Shown piece by piece: positions 34,760-47,329 of a DNA stretch of 64,000 nucleotides. Source of the DNA: Acidimicrobiales bacterium (GTDB lineage Bacteria > Actinomycetota > Acidimicrobiia > Acidimicrobiales > AC-9); assembly GCA_051985455.1 (NCBI GenBank), contig JBPYEI010000102.1:5356-69355 (forward strand), in the 5' to 3' direction. The position numbers and the translations under genes were made by a program. A model generated the notes under the pieces. That model did not search any database, had not been told where the DNA came from, and was given only the letters and a program-made list of their open reading frames with translations. Position 1 is the first letter of the stretch. Every line of letters begins with the position of its first letter.

Positions 34760-37017
34760 GACGTCTCCCTTCGATTGATCGCCAGCCACACCCGCTCGGG
34801 CGTGGCAGGCATGTCGACGTGCCGCACGCCGAGATGCGAGAGGGCGTCGACGACCGCGTTCTGCACGGCGGGGGTCGAGCCGACCGAACCTGACTCGCCG
34901 ATGCCCTTGGCGCCCAGCTCGTTGATGGTGGTGGGCGTCTCCATCGTCACCGTCTCGAAGCTGGGAAGCTCGGCGGCGGACACGAAGGCGTAGTCGGCCA
35001 GGTTGCCCGTGACCGGGTTGCCGTTCTCGTCGTAGCGGACCTCTTCGAGCAGGGCCTGGGCCGCGCCCTGGGCGAGCCCGCCGTGGATCTGGCCCTCGGC
35101 GAGGAGGGGGTTGAGGATGCGTCCGGCGTCGTCGACCGCCACCAGCCGCTCGAGGGTCACCTCGCCGGTCTCGGTGTCCACCTCCACCACGGCGATGTGC
35201 GCCCCGAACGGGAACGTCGCCCCCGAGGGCGTGAAGTCGGCCTGGCCCGAGAGACCGCCGGGCTCCGCCTCGCGGGCCAGCTCGCCCCACGACTTGGAGA
35301 CCGCGGGCGTGCCCGCCACGTGGAAACGCTGGCCGACCTTGTCCAGCACCACGTCGGCGGGGTCGGCCTCGAGGAGCTTGGCCGCCAGCTCGCGGGCCTT
35401 GTCGACCAGCTGCTCCGCCGCCTGGTGGGTGGCGACCCCACCGACCTGCAGCGAGCGGGAGCCCATTGTGCCGCCTCCGCGGGGCACGACGTCGGTATCA
35501 CCGTGGACCACCTCGATGGCCTCGATCGGGAGCCCCAGCGCCTCGCTCGCCAGCATCGCCCAGGCGGTGACGTGGCCCTGGCCGTGCGGCGACGTTCCCG
35601 TTCGTACCAGCGCGGTGCCGTCGTCGCGCATCTCGACCGCGGCGAACTCGCCCCCCGGCACGCCGTTGGTGATCTCCACGTAGACGGAGAGGCCGATCCC
35701 CAGCTGGCGCAGCTCACCTGCGTCGCGGCGCCGGGCCTGCTCTTTGCGCAGCTCGCCGTATCCCGACGTCTCGAGGGCCAGTTCCAGAGCGCGGCCGTAG
35801 TCGCCGACGTCGTAGGTGGCGCCGGTCGGCGTGGAGAACGGGAAGGCGTCAGCGGGCACCAGGTTGCGCCGTCGTACCTCGGCGGGGTCCATCCCGATCT
35901 CGGTGGCGAAGAGGTCCATGGCCCGCTCGATGGCCGCCGTCGCCTCGGGCCGCCCGGCTCCCCGGTAGGACGACACCGGCGTGGTGCTGGTCACGACCGA
36001 GCGGCTGTTGAACTCCACCTTCGGGATCGTGTAGGTGCCCGACGCCATGGTCCTGGTCATGAAGGGAAGCACGGCGCCGAAACGCGGGTACGCCCCTGAG
36101 TCCTGGAGCACCGTCAGCCGGTAGGCCGTGATGGCGCCGTCTCTCGAGCCCCCGATCTCGATGTCCTGGATCTGGGCCCGGCCGTGCCCGAGGGCGAGCA
36201 TGCTCTCGGACCGCGTCTCGATCCACTTGAGGGGCCGCCCGACCCGACGGGCCAGCCAGGCGATCAGCAGCTCGTCGGGGAAGATGCCGGTCTTGGCGCC
36301 GAAGGCGCCGCCCACGTCGGGACTGATGACGTGGACCTCGTCCTCGAAGAGGCCGTAGGTCTGGGCCAGCTGGTCCTTCACGGCGTGGGGCGCCTGCGTC
36401 GACGCCCACTGGGTGAGGCGCCCGTCGTCCTCCCACCGGGCCGCGGCGGCGCGGACCTCGAGGGGGCACGGCGCCACGCGCTGGTTGACGATGCGCCGTC
36501 TGACGACGACTTCGCAGTCGTCGAAGAGCGCCTCGTCCCTGCCGAACTGCAGATCGAAAGCGATGTTGGTGCCTGCTTCGGGGTGGAGGATCGTCGAGCC
36601 CGCCAGCGCCGCCTCGGGATCGACCACCGCTGCCAACGGCTCGTAGTCGACGAACACGAGCTCGGCGGCGTCGGTGCCCTGCGCCTGTGTCTCCGACACG
36701 ATGGCGACCACGGGCTCGCCCACGTAGCGGACGACGTCGGCGGCCAGCCACTGCTGGTGCATGTTGTCGTTGAACAGCGGCATGTCGAGCGGGACGGGGT
36801 CGAGCCCGATGTCGCCCGCGGTGACCACGGCGACGACGCCCGGCGCACCGCGCGCCTCCTCGACGTCGATGGAGCGGATGAGGGCGTGGGCGTACGTCGA
36901 ACGCACGAAGGTCACCCGGGCCACCCCCTCGATGTCGAGGTCGTCGACGTAGGTGCCTCCCCGGGTGAGGAACTTGGGGTCCTCCTTGCGGACGACGCGG
37001 TTACCGAGGATGCTCAC
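34756..37017 (-). CDS. coxL: Molybdopterin-binding large subunit, xanthine dehydrogenase/CODH family, form-II-type active-site loop
   Basis: 753 aa. The active-site loop is [11 protein letters not shown] (YRGAGR), not the AYRCSFR loop of bona fide form I CO dehydrogenases. Confidence 0.9.
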   Translation of the reverse strand: MSILGNRVVRKEDPKFLTRGGTYVDDLDIEGVARVTFVRSTYAHALIRSIDVEEARGAPGVVAVVTAGDIGLDPVPLDMPLFNDNMHQQWLAADVVRYVGEPVVAIVSETQAQGTDAAELVFVDYEPLAAVVDPEAALAGSTILHPEAGTNIAFDLQFGRDEALFDDCEVVVRRRIVNQRVAPCPLEVRAAAARWEDDGRLTQWASTQAPHAVKDQLAQTYGLFEDEVHVISPDVGGAFGAKTGIFPDELLIAWLARRVGRPLKWIETRSESMLALGHGRAQIQDIEIGGSRDGAITAYRLTVLQDSGAYPRFGAVLPFMTRTMASGTYTIPKVEFNSRSVVTSTTPVSSYRGAGRPEATAAIERAMDLFATEIGMDPAEVRRRNLVPADAFPFSTPTGATYDVGDYGRALELALETSGYGELRKEQARRRDAGELRQLGIGLSVYVEITNGVPGGEFAAVEMRDDGTALVRTGTSPHGQGHVTAWAMLASEALGLPIEAIEVVHGDTDVVPRGGGTMGSRSLQVGGVATHQAAEQLVDKARELAAKLLEADPADVVLDKVGQRFHVAGTPAVSKSWGELAREAEPGGLSGQADFTPSGATFPFGAHIAVVEVDTETGEVTLERLVAVDDAGRILNPLLAEGQIHGGLAQGAAQALLEEVRYDENGNPVTGNLADYAFVSAAELPSFETVTMETPTTINELGAKGIGESGSVGSTPAVQNAVVDALSHLGVRHVDMPATPERVWLAINRRETS

Positions 37018-37071
37018 GCCTGGCCTCCCGAGACGGCGACGGTGCGGACGCTCAGGCTAGTGCCGCGGCCG

Positions 37072-38924
<1,853 letters not shown>

Positions 38925-40289
38925 TCATTCAGGCTGCTCGACCTCGGCGAACGCGTCGCGAAACCGGACCGACGCCGACCGCAGGTGGGCCTCGGGGTCC
39001 AGCCCGAGGTGACGGGCCAGCCCAACGACGGCGAAGAGGAGACGTCCCAGGTGGTCCTCGGCGTTGGGGCCCGGACCGGCCGGACCGGCGAGGGCGGCCA
39101 GCTCCTGCTCGGCGTCGACCCGGGCGGCGTCGCCGGAGGCCCAGTCGAAGCCGAGCGTGGCCGCCTTGCGCTGGATCTTGTGGGCGTAGAGCAGCGACGG
39201 CAGGGCTCCCGATATCCCGTCCATCACGCTCTGGTGACCCTTCTCGTGCTTCTTGATTTGCTCCCAGTTCGCCATGACGGCGTCGGGCGTCTCCGCCTGC
39301 GCCGTCCCGAACACGTGGGGGTGGCGACGCACGAGCTTGTCGTGCACACCTCGGGCCACGTCGGACAAGCCGAACTGGCCGGCCTCGGCCGCCAGCACGC
39401 TGTGGAAGTAGACCTGGAACAAGAGATCGCCGAGCTCTTCTTCCAGGTGGTGGTAGGCCGCGCCCCGCTCGGCGCCCGGCTCGGGACCGAGAGCCTCGAT
39501 CGCCTCCAGCACCTCGTAGGTCTCCTCCAGCAGGTGCCGGGTGAGCGAGGTGTGCGTCTGCTGACGGTCCCACGGACAGCGCTGCCGCAGCGTCCGCACC
39601 AGCTCCTCCAGCCGGACCAGGTCGGCGGCGACGGGCTGGTCCAGCTCGGGCACGAAGAGGGTCGTGAGGTGGTCGACCTCGACCGAACGGTCGAGGTCGG
39701 CCCAGTCGACGTCGAAGACGGCCTCGGCCGCCAGGCCGAGGCGCTGCAGCACCGTGACCCGCGCGTCGGGTGGATGCTCCACGGCCAGCTTGACGTCGGA
39801 GACGATCTGGCGGCTCCAACACTGGCCGACCAGCAGCGGGCCCCGCTCCCCCGCGGCCTGGACCGCGAACGCGGTCCCGTCGACGAGGCGCACGCTCGCG
39901 TCGAGGGGATCGATCCCCAACCGGGCCCACGCCAGGTCGAGGAACGACATGCTCGGCAGCAGCTCCACCTCGACCCGATGGTCGGCCCGCAGCAGCTCGA
40001 CGGTGCGCTCGGACACCAGCGGCGAGCCGGGCACGGCGTAGAGCACCTCGCCGTGGGCTGTCGCCGCCTCGACCAGAGCCTCCACGATCCGCGCGTACAC
40101 CTCCTCGAACGATGAGGTCGCGTCGTAGAGGTCGTCGAAGGACCGGAAGTCCCGCACCGCCGCGGCCGCAGGGTGGCGCCCCGTGCGGAGGTAGCGGTGT
40201 CGGGCACCGTCGATCGCCAGGCGTGTGGCCGCGGTGATGAGCTCGGGCCCGGCCGGGCCCAGCCCGACCACCACGACCCGCGGCGTCAC
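38925..40289 (-). CDS. mazG: MazG nucleoside triphosphate pyrophosphohydrolase with N-terminal tetrapyrrole-methylase-like domain (YabN-type)
   Basis: GTG at 40289 (GTGA overlap with the upstream stop). VVVVGLGPAGPELIT... then CPWDRQQTHTSL...LEETYEVLEAIE...EELGDLLFQV. The 777-aa track ORF is an over-extension. Confidence 0.85.
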   Translation of the reverse strand: MTPRVVVVGLGPAGPELITAATRLAIDGARHRYLRTGRHPAAAAVRDFRSFDDLYDATSSFEEVYARIVEALVEAATAHGEVLYAVPGSPLVSERTVELLRADHRVEVELLPSMSFLDLAWARLGIDPLDASVRLVDGTAFAVQAAGERGPLLVGQCWSRQIVSDVKLAVEHPPDARVTVLQRLGLAAEAVFDVDWADLDRSVEVDHLTTLFVPELDQPVAADLVRLEELVRTLRQRCPWDRQQTHTSLTRHLLEETYEVLEAIEALGPEPGAERGAAYHHLEEELGDLLFQVYFHSVLAAEAGQFGLSDVARGVHDKLVRRHPHVFGTAQAETPDAVMANWEQIKKHEKGHQSVMDGISGALPSLLYAHKIQRKAATLGFDWASGDAARVDAEQELAALAGPAGPGPNAEDHLGRLLFAVVGLARHLGLDPEAHLRSASVRFRDAFAEVEQPE

Positions 40290-41311
40290 GGCGTCGAGCC
40301 GGTGCCCGAGGAGACGCCCCCGCTGGTGGGAACGAAGTTCAGCGTGGACGCCGGCGGCGCCTGTGGCGGCGTGATGCCTGCCGTGGTCCCGCTCACGTGG
40401 TAGGTGCCGTAGCGGGGGTTGACGGTCACGCTGGCACGCGACTCGGCTCGCTGGAGCGCGGTGGTCAGCGCCGTCTGGGCGTTGGCGAGGAGGGTGGCAC
40501 GGATCTGCGGCTGCGCCTGGGCGAAGGTCAGCGGCTGCCGGCTGGTCACCACGATGAGGTGCCAGCCGAACTGGGTCTGGACGGGCTGGCTCAGCTGCCC
40601 GGTCGGCGATGCGTCGACCGCTTGCTCGAACCCGGACACGAACCGCCCTGTCGGTCCGCACCCCAGGGCGCCGCCGTTGGCGGCGCTGGCCTGATCCTGG
40701 GATTCGGACCGGGCGACGTCGGCGAAGCTGGCGCCCGCCACGATCTGGGCGCGCGCCGCCGCCGCGTCGCTCTGGCTGGCGAACAGGATCTGGCTCACGC
40801 ACTGCTGGACGAAGGCCTGCTGGTGCGCGGCGTAGTAGTTGGCCATGGCCGGCAGGCTCACGTCCACGTTCGCCAGCCTCGCCTCCAACGCCGTCACCTC
40901 GGCTGAGTGTCTGATGAGGCTCGACTGGTAGGACGCCGGCAGCCCGTTGAGGACGTTGGCGCCGCCGAGGGCGCCGGCGACGTCCGCCCGGGCCAGCGTG
41001 AGGTCCTGGCCGCTGATCGTGATGCCATGACTGGCGGCTTGCTGGTGGACCAGCTCGAAGACGATCTCGCGGTTGAGCACCTGGGACACGAACGAGCTGT
41101 CGAAGCTGTCCTGACCGGCACCGGTCACCTGGCTCTGGCTCTGGATCTGGTTCAGGTAGGCGGGGTCGCTCCGTATAGCGGTGAGCTCGTTGTTGAGGTC
41201 GCCCTGACTGATCGTGGCGTTGTTCACCCTGGCCGCATACGGGGAGGTCGGGTTGCACCCGGCGCCGGCGAGCGCGAGCAGGCCGACCGCGAGGACGAGA
41301 ACCTTGCGCAC
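40286..41311 (-). CDS. Lipoprotein peptidyl-prolyl isomerase (parvulin/SurA-PrsA-like)
   Basis: Lipobox LLALAGAGC. Parvulin core: SQILFASQSDA...GGALGCG...GFEQAV...TQFGWHLIVV. Confidence 0.75.
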   Translation of the reverse strand: MRKVLVLAVGLLALAGAGCNPTSPYAARVNNATISQGDLNNELTAIRSDPAYLNQIQSQSQVTGAGQDSFDSSFVSQVLNREIVFELVHQQAASHGITISGQDLTLARADVAGALGGANVLNGLPASYQSSLIRHSAEVTALEARLANVDVSLPAMANYYAAHQQAFVQQCVSQILFASQSDAAAARAQIVAGASFADVARSESQDQASAANGGALGCGPTGRFVSGFEQAVDASPTGQLSQPVQTQFGWHLIVVTSRQPLTFAQAQPQIRATLLANAQTALTTALQRAESRASVTVNPRYGTYHVSGTTAGITPPQAPPASTLNFVPTSGGVSSGTGSTP

Positions 41312-41323
41312 GGTGTCGGGATG

Positions 41324-44300
41324 CTACCGGCTGCCCACCGCCTCCTGGCCAGCGGGGCGCCTCCCATCACCGTCGACAGCGTCCGGAACCAGCTCATCGA
41401 GCAGGGTCACCAGCGCGCCAGGCACGTCGACCCCTCGAGGGAGCGGCACGACGACCTGGCCCAGGTCCTCCTTGTAGACCGCCCGCGGGTGGCGACGCCT
41501 GAGCCCGATCTGCGTGCTGGCCTTGAGCGAGAGCGGGGCGAGGCGGGCTACGGCCTGGCCTCCGCTGACACCCCCGGGCCGCGCCGGGGTCACGGTGATC
41601 TCGCGGACGCCCGACCGGACGCACTCGGCCCGCAGCCGTCCGACGGCCAGCAGGGCCTCAGCCGGCCGGGGCAGCGGACCGTAGCGGTCGAGCCACTCCT
41701 TGCGGATGTCCTCCACCTCGCCTGGCGTCGTGACCGACGCCAGGCGCCGATACGCCTCCAGGCGAAGGTCCTCACGAGCGACGTAGTCACTCGTGAGGTG
41801 CGCGTCCACGGCGAGGTCCAGCTTGATCTCGGCCGGCGGGCGGCGGACCTCGCCCTTGAGGTCGGACACGGCCTCGCTGACCATCTGCACGTAGAGGTCG
41901 TAGCCGACGGCGGCGATGTGGCCCGACTGGTCCGACCCGAGGAGGTTGCCGGCGCCGCGGATCTCGAGGTCGCGCATGGCGATCTTGGAGCCCGACCCCA
42001 GCTCGGTGTGCTCGCCGATGGTCCGCAGGCGCTCGTAGGCCTCTTCGGTCAGGGTCCGGTCCGGCGGGAAGAAGAGGTAGGCGTAGGCCCGCTGGCCCGC
42101 CCTGCCCACCCGGCCGCGGAGCTGGTGGAGCTGCCCCAGCCCCAGCCGGTCGGCGCGGTCGACGACGAGCGTGTTGACGGTCGGCATGTCGATACCGGAT
42201 TCGATGATCGTCGTGCACACCAGGACGTCGTACCGACCTTCCCAGAAGTCCAGCACGACCTTCTCGAGGCTGCCCTCGTCCATCTGGCCGTGGGCGACGG
42301 CGATGCGCGCCTCGGGGACCAGGCGGCGCAGCCGCGTGGCGGTCGCCTCGATGTCGTAGACCAGGTTGTGCACGAAGAACACCTGACCCTCGCGCAACAG
42401 CTCGCGACGGATCGCCTCGCTCACGGCCCGCTCGTCGAGCTCACCCACGTAGGTGAGGATCGGCTGGCGCTCGGCCGGGGGCGTGTTGATGAGGCTGAGG
42501 TCGCGGATGCCGGTGAGGCTCATCTCCAGGGTGCGGGGGATGGGGGTGGCGGTGAGGGTCAACACGTCGACGCCTGTGCTGAGCGCCTTGATGGCCTCCT
42601 TGTGCGTCACCCCGAAACGCTGCTCCTCGTCGACCACGAGAAGGCCCAAGCGCTTGAAATTGACGTCACCGGCCAACAGGCGGTGGGTCCCGATCACGAC
42701 GTCGACCGATCCGTCGGCCAAACCATCGACCACCCGCCGGGCCTGGGCCGTGGTGAGGAAGCGCGACAGCACCTCGACCCGCACCGGGTACGGGGCGAGG
42801 CGGTCGGAGAACGTCTGGAAGTGCTGCTGGGCCAGCAGCGTCGTCGGCACCAGGACGGCCGCCTGTCGGCCGTCCTGGACGGCCTTGAAGACGGCGCGGA
42901 TGGCGATCTCGGTCTTCCCGAACCCAACGTCGCCGCACACCAGCCGGTCCATCGGGACCGGTTGCTCCATGTCCGCCTTGACGTCGACGATGGCGCGCGC
43001 CTGGTCGGGAGTCTCCGCGTACGGAAAGGCTTCCTCCAGCTCGCGCTGCCACGGCGAGTCCGCCTCGAACTCGTGACCGGGCGAGGTCGTCCTCGCCCGG
43101 TACAGGGCGACGAGCTCCTCGGCGATCTCGCGCACCGAGGCCCGCACGCGGGCCTTGGTGCGCTGCCACTCGGAGCCGCCGAGGCGGTGCAGCGTCGGCG
43201 TCTCCCCGCCCGTGTAGGGGGTGATGGCGTCGATCTGGTCCGACGGCACGTACAGCTTGTCGGCGCCGCGGTACTCGAGCAGTAGGTAGTCGCGCTCGCC
43301 GCCGCCGATGGCGCGACGCACCATTCCCGCGTACCGGGCCACGCCGTGCTGGTAGTGAACCACGTAGCTGCCGGGCGCCAGGTCGTCGAAGAAGCCTTCC
43401 TGGGGACGCGCCCGGGGGCGAGCCTGCCGGTGGGCACGACGCCTGCCGGTGACGTCGGTCTCGGCCAGCACGGCGAGCTTCACCGACGGCAGCACGAACC
43501 CGGCCTCGAGGGGCTGGACGACGATCCGGACCCCCGGGTCGGCGAGGTCGCCCGGGCTGCCGTCGAGCACCGGCGCCGCCAGGCCCTCCTCGCCCAGGAT
43601 GGAGGCCACGCGCCGGGCGCTCCCCTCGCCTTCGGCGCAGACGGTGACCGAATACCCCTCGCGGACGAGGCCACCCAGCTGCTTGGCCAGCCGGGCGGCG
43701 TCGGCCACCACGGGATCCCAGCCCGTGGCCCCGATCCGGGGCGTGGCGGGCGACTCGGGCGCCGAGGTGACGGAGAGAACGGGCGCCTTGGTGTGGGCGA
43801 GCAGTCGCTCGAACGGCAGATGCAGCCGAGGGAAGGTGCTCTCGTCGTCCACCGCGCTCGAGGTGGCGCCCCACGTCTGCGCCAGCGTGGCGGCGAGGGA
43901 GACCTCTTCGTCGATGAGCTCTGCCGCCCGGTCGCGCATGCGCCGGGGGTCGGCCAGCACCACCTGTCCCGACGGCGCGATCAGGTCGCCGAGGAGGTGC
44001 TCCTCGGCGACCAGCCACGGGAGCCACGACTCCATGCCGTCGAACACGAGGCCCTCGGCCAGCCGCTCCCACTGGTCGCGCCCCCAGGGCTGCTCGCCGA
44101 CGAGCATGCTGGCCCGCTCCTGGACCGCGGGGGTGGGGAGGAGCTCGCGGCAGGCGAAAATCTCGGCCCGCTCGAGGTCGGTCGTCGACCGTTGGTCGTT
44201 GACGTCGAAGGCGGTGAGGCGGTCGACCTCGTCGCCCCACAGGTCGATGCGCACGGGGTCGTCGGCGGTCGACGGGTACACGTCGACGATGCCGCCGCGG

Positions 44301-44833
44301 ACCGCCACCTCGCCCCGGTGCTCGACCTGGTACTCGCGGCGATAACCAGCCAGGGACAGCCGCTCGACCAGCTCGTCGGCGTCGAGCACGTCGCCGGCGG
44401 CCACGACGATCGGCGCCGCGTCCTCGACCGTGGGTCCCAGCCGCTGGATGAGGGCCCGCACCGGAGCCACGATCAGGCGCGGTTCACCTTCGTGATCTTC
44501 GGCACCACGCCGCAGCCGCCACATCGTCCGCAGCCGCCGTCCCATCGTCTCGACGCTGGGGCTGACCCGCTCGAACGGCAGCGTCTCCCACGCCGGGAAC
44601 GTCTCGACCGCGTCCGGTCCGACGTAGGCGCGGAGGTCGACGGCGAGCCGGTCGGCGTCGATGCCCGTCGGAACCGCCACCAGCACGGGATGGCGCTCGC
44701 TCAGTTGCGCCAGGCCGGCGAGCGTGAAGGCGCGGGCCGGCTCGGGCACCGCCAGCACCGCACCCGGCGCGCCCAGCACGTCCACGACGGCTTCGTCGTG
44801 GCGCAACAGACCAGGGAGCGAGCGCAGGCTCAC
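41324..44833 (-). CDS. mfd: Transcription-repair coupling factor
   Basis: 1169 aa. [14 protein letters not shown] (Walker A), [11 protein letters not shown] (DEEQ), [23 protein letters not shown]. Confidence 0.95.
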   Translation of the reverse strand: MSLRSLPGLLRHDEAVVDVLGAPGAVLAVPEPARAFTLAGLAQLSERHPVLVAVPTGIDADRLAVDLRAYVGPDAVETFPAWETLPFERVSPSVETMGRRLRTMWRLRRGAEDHEGEPRLIVAPVRALIQRLGPTVEDAAPIVVAAGDVLDADELVERLSLAGYRREYQVEHRGEVAVRGGIVDVYPSTADDPVRIDLWGDEVDRLTAFDVNDQRSTTDLERAEIFACRELLPTPAVQERASMLVGEQPWGRDQWERLAEGLVFDGMESWLPWLVAEEHLLGDLIAPSGQVVLADPRRMRDRAAELIDEEVSLAATLAQTWGATSSAVDDESTFPRLHLPFERLLAHTKAPVLSVTSAPESPATPRIGATGWDPVVADAARLAKQLGGLVREGYSVTVCAEGEGSARRVASILGEEGLAAPVLDGSPGDLADPGVRIVVQPLEAGFVLPSVKLAVLAETDVTGRRRAHRQARPRARPQEGFFDDLAPGSYVVHYQHGVARYAGMVRRAIGGGERDYLLLEYRGADKLYVPSDQIDAITPYTGGETPTLHRLGGSEWQRTKARVRASVREIAEELVALYRARTTSPGHEFEADSPWQRELEEAFPYAETPDQARAIVDVKADMEQPVPMDRLVCGDVGFGKTEIAIRAVFKAVQDGRQAAVLVPTTLLAQQHFQTFSDRLAPYPVRVEVLSRFLTTAQARRVVDGLADGSVDVVIGTHRLLAGDVNFKRLGLLVVDEEQRFGVTHKEAIKALSTGVDVLTLTATPIPRTLEMSLTGIRDLSLINTPPAERQPILTYVGELDERAVSEAIRRELLREGQVFFVHNLVYDIEATATRLRRLVPEARIAVAHGQMDEGSLEKVVLDFWEGRYDVLVCTTIIESGIDMPTVNTLVVDRADRLGLGQLHQLRGRVGRAGQRAYAYLFFPPDRTLTEEAYERLRTIGEHTELGSGSKIAMRDLEIRGAGNLLGSDQSGHIAAVGYDLYVQMVSEAVSDLKGEVRRPPAEIKLDLAVDAHLTSDYVAREDLRLEAYRRLASVTTPGEVEDIRKEWLDRYGPLPRPAEALLAVGRLRAECVRSGVREITVTPARPGGVSGGQAVARLAPLSLKASTQIGLRRRHPRAVYKEDLGQVVVPLPRGVDVPGALVTLLDELVPDAVDGDGRRPAGQEAVGSR

Positions 44834-44874
44834 CGGCTCAGGCTACCGGCGCAGTCTGCGGCGGCCGGCGGGTG

Positions 44875-45444
44875 TCAGCGGTCCTCGCGGGGGGCGTTGA
44901 AGCGACGCATGGCGGCATCGACACCCTCGGCGAGCATGGCCTCGACGGCGTCGGCCGCTTCCTGGATGGCCACGTCGAGCTCGGCCCGCTCGGACCGGCG
45001 GGGCGGGCCCAGTACGTGGTCGGCGCCCTCCCGGCGGCCGGGCGGCTTGCCGATGCCGATGCGGATGCGGGCGAAGCCACTGTCATGGAGGTGGGCCTGA
45101 ATGGACTTGAGACCGTTATGTCCCGCCGTGCCCCCGCCGAGCTTGATCCGGACCCGGCCGACGGGCAGGTCCAGCTCGTCGTGGACGACGACGAGCCGCG
45201 ACAGGTCCGTCACGCCGTAGCGGCGTACGAGGCCGGCTACCGCCAAGCCCGACTCGTTGACGTACGTCTGGGGAAACGCCAGCGCCAACCGGCGGCCGTC
45301 GACCCGCACCTCGGCCGTCATGGATCGGGAGCCTCGGGTCAGTCGGAGGCGGCCGCCGTGGCGCTCGGCCAGAAGGGACACGACGTCGGCCCCGAGGTTG
45401 TGGCGGGTGTCGCCGAACTCCCGGCCGGGATTGCCGAGACCCAC
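44875..45444 (-). CDS. pth: Peptidyl-tRNA hydrolase
   Basis: GLGNPGREFGDTRHNLG...NESG...VVHDELDLP...GGTAGHNGLKS. The in-frame codons just upstream, after the ctc TAA, encode ...TPADLLAV before GLGNPG. The true start may therefore be a non-ATG/GTG codon (CTG at 45450/45453) upstream of the GTG at 45444. Confidence 0.9.
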   Translation of the reverse strand: MGLGNPGREFGDTRHNLGADVVSLLAERHGGRLRLTRGSRSMTAEVRVDGRRLALAFPQTYVNESGLAVAGLVRRYGVTDLSRLVVVHDELDLPVGRVRIKLGGGTAGHNGLKSIQAHLHDSGFARIRIGIGKPPGRREGADHVLGPPRRSERAELDVAIQEAADAVEAMLAEGVDAAMRRFNAPREDR

Positions 45445-45489
45445 CGCCAGCAGGTCGGCGGGGGTACCGGTCCTGGAGCGGAGCAGGGC

Positions 45490-46224
45490 TTAGCCCTCGC
45501 CGCCCTGCTCGCCCTGCCCCTCGCCGCCGGACGCGCTGTCGCCGGCGGCTGCCTCCCCGGCGGCAGCCTCCGCCGCAGCGGCGGGCGCAGCCTCGCCTTC
45601 GGGTGCGGCCTCGCCTTCCGCGGCGGCCTCCTCCTCGGCGCCCTCGGGCACGAGGTCGGCCTCGCTCACCTGCGGAGCCTGGCCCGCGACCACGGGAGCC
45701 TCGGGATCGACGTCGGTCGTGACCCCCTGCGGTAGAGAGAGGTCGCCCACCCGGATGGTCTGGCCGATGGTGAGATCGCTCACGTCCACCTCGACGGCGT
45801 TGGGGATGCGCCCGGGGACGGCGTGCACGGCGATGGTGAACAGCTGGTGGTCCACATGGCCGTCGTCTCGGTGGACCTGGGTGGCCTCGCCGACGAGGAC
45901 GATGGGCACCTCGGCCGTGACGACCTCGTCCCGGCGCACGATCTGGAAGTCGACGTGGGCGACCGTGCCCCGCACGGGGTGGCGCTGCACCACCTTGGCC
46001 ATGGTCAGGTGCGTGGCGCCGTCGACCTTGAGGGCCAGCAGGGCGTTGAGCCCGGCGTCGGTGGTCAACGCCGTCCGCAGATCCTTGGCGTCGACCGTCA
46101 CCGGCAGCGGGTCGACACCGTGTCCGTAGACGACGGCGGGGATCTTCCCGGCCGACCGGAGGCGGCGGGACGACGCCGAGCCGACGGGTCGGCCCGCTTC
46201 GGCGGCGATGGGGATCTCGGGCAT
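45490..46224 (-). CDS. rplY: 50S ribosomal protein L25 / general stress protein Ctc
   Basis: ATG at 46224: MPEIPIAAEAGRPVGSASSRRLRSAGKIPAVVYGHG...; acidic Ala/Glu/Gly-rich C-terminal tail. Confidence 0.9.
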   Translation of the reverse strand: MPEIPIAAEAGRPVGSASSRRLRSAGKIPAVVYGHGVDPLPVTVDAKDLRTALTTDAGLNALLALKVDGATHLTMAKVVQRHPVRGTVAHVDFQIVRRDEVVTAEVPIVLVGEATQVHRDDGHVDHQLFTIAVHAVPGRIPNAVEVDVSDLTIGQTIRVGDLSLPQGVTTDVDPEAPVVAGQAPQVSEADLVPEGAEEEAAAEGEAAPEGEAAPAAAAEAAAGEAAAGDSASGGEGQGEQGGEG

Positions 46225-46353
46225 GCGAACGCGCTCCTGCCCGGGAAGAGGTCCACCGGGCAACCTCCGATTCTAGGGCACGCTGGGAGGGCCGACGGCC
46301 TAGGCGCTGGCGCGCCTGCGGCTGACTCCGCTGGGCCGGCCTCCCGGGCCGGC

Positions 46354-47325
46354 CTAGGTCTGGTTCTCTCCCCCGAAGATCTCCGAGACCGAGGTGTCCT
46401 CGAAGACGGCGTCGATGGCGTCGGCGATGATCTCGGCCACCGACAGGACCTCGATCTTGTCGATGCGGCGGTCCTCCGCGAGCGGCAGGGTGTTGGTCAC
46501 GATGACCCGGGTGAGCGGGGAGGCCTTGAGGCGGTCGAGGGCGGGATCCGACAGCACGCCATGGGTCGCCATGGCCCAGACCTCGGCGGCTCCTTCCTCG
46601 ACCAGCAGCTCGGCGGCGGCGCACACCGTCCCCGCCGTGTCGATCATGTCGTCGACCAGCACGCAGCAGCGCCCGTTCACGGGGCCGACCACATCCATGG
46701 CCTCGACCACGTTGACCGTGTCCTTGGCCCGCCGCTTGCGCACGATGGCCAGGTCGGCGTCCAGATGCTGGGCGAACCGCTCGGCCGCCCTCACCCGTCC
46801 GGCGTCGGGAGCCACAATCACCATGCCGCTCGGGCCCTCTCGCCTGAGGTAGTCGGTCAGGACCGGCAGGGCGGTCAGGTGGTCGACGGGCCCGTCGAAG
46901 AAGCCCTGGATCTGGCCCGAGTGCAGGTCGACGCTCACGACCCGGTCGACCCCCGCGACCCGTAGCATGTCGGCGATGAGCTTGGCCGTGATCGGCTCGC
47001 GGCCCGAGGCCTTGCGGTCCTGCCGGGAGTAGCCGTAGTAGGGGCACACGGCGGTGATGCGCTTGGCGGACGCCCGCTTGGCGGCGTCGATCATGATCAG
47101 CTGCTCGACGATGGAGTCGTTGACGGGACCGCTGTGGGTCTGGATCACGAAGACGTCGGTGCCGCGGACCGACTCGCCGAAGCGACAGTGGATCTCGCCG
47201 TCGGCGAACTCTCGCAGGTTCGCCTCACCGAGGCTCACACCGAGATGCCCGGCGATCTCCTCCGCCAAGGCCAGGTGAGACCGGCCGGCGTAGAGCTGCA
47301 GGCGCTTCCTCGGAACGAGCTCCAT
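46354..47325 (-). CDS. prs: Ribose-phosphate pyrophosphokinase
   Basis: MELVPRKRLQLYAGRSHLALAEEIA...YYGYSRQDRK...DLHSGQIQGFF...LVDDMIDTAGT. ATG at 47325 is preferred over 47355. Confidence 0.9.
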   Translation of the reverse strand: MELVPRKRLQLYAGRSHLALAEEIAGHLGVSLGEANLREFADGEIHCRFGESVRGTDVFVIQTHSGPVNDSIVEQLIMIDAAKRASAKRITAVCPYYGYSRQDRKASGREPITAKLIADMLRVAGVDRVVSVDLHSGQIQGFFDGPVDHLTALPVLTDYLRREGPSGMVIVAPDAGRVRAAERFAQHLDADLAIVRKRRAKDTVNVVEAMDVVGPVNGRCCVLVDDMIDTAGTVCAAAELLVEEGAAEVWAMATHGVLSDPALDRLKASPLTRVIVTNTLPLAEDRRIDKIEVLSVAEIIADAIDAVFEDTSVSEIFGGENQT

Positions 47326-47329
47326 GCGA

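Noticed and set aside
34756-37017. Calling the large subunit a bona fide aerobic CO dehydrogenase
   Set aside because: The active-site loop is YRGAGR (form II/xanthine-dehydrogenase-like) rather than the AYRCSFR loop of verified form I CODH. The gene order is L-S-M rather than M-S-L. The substrate is therefore left open.
40907-43285. 792-aa plus-strand ORF (similar long plus-strand ORFs at 43346-45100 and 38295-40115)
   Set aside because: These are antisense to mfd, pth, mazG and eno, which carry unambiguous signatures. The translated sequences are low-complexity (R/G/P/A/D/H) with no recognisable domain.
46264-46353. GGCCGGCC-rich palindromic stretch between prs and ctc as a terminator
   Set aside because: GGGCCGGCC-TCCC-GGGCCGGCC is a self-complementary GC repeat without a following U-tract. 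It lies inside what is normally a co-transcribed ribosomal/prs block. The evidence is insufficient.
45116-47047. 643-aa minus-strand ORF spanning pth, ctc and prs
   Set aside because: It is out of frame with three textbook genes on the same strand. The sequence is extremely Arg/Gly/Pro-rich. It is a frame artefact.
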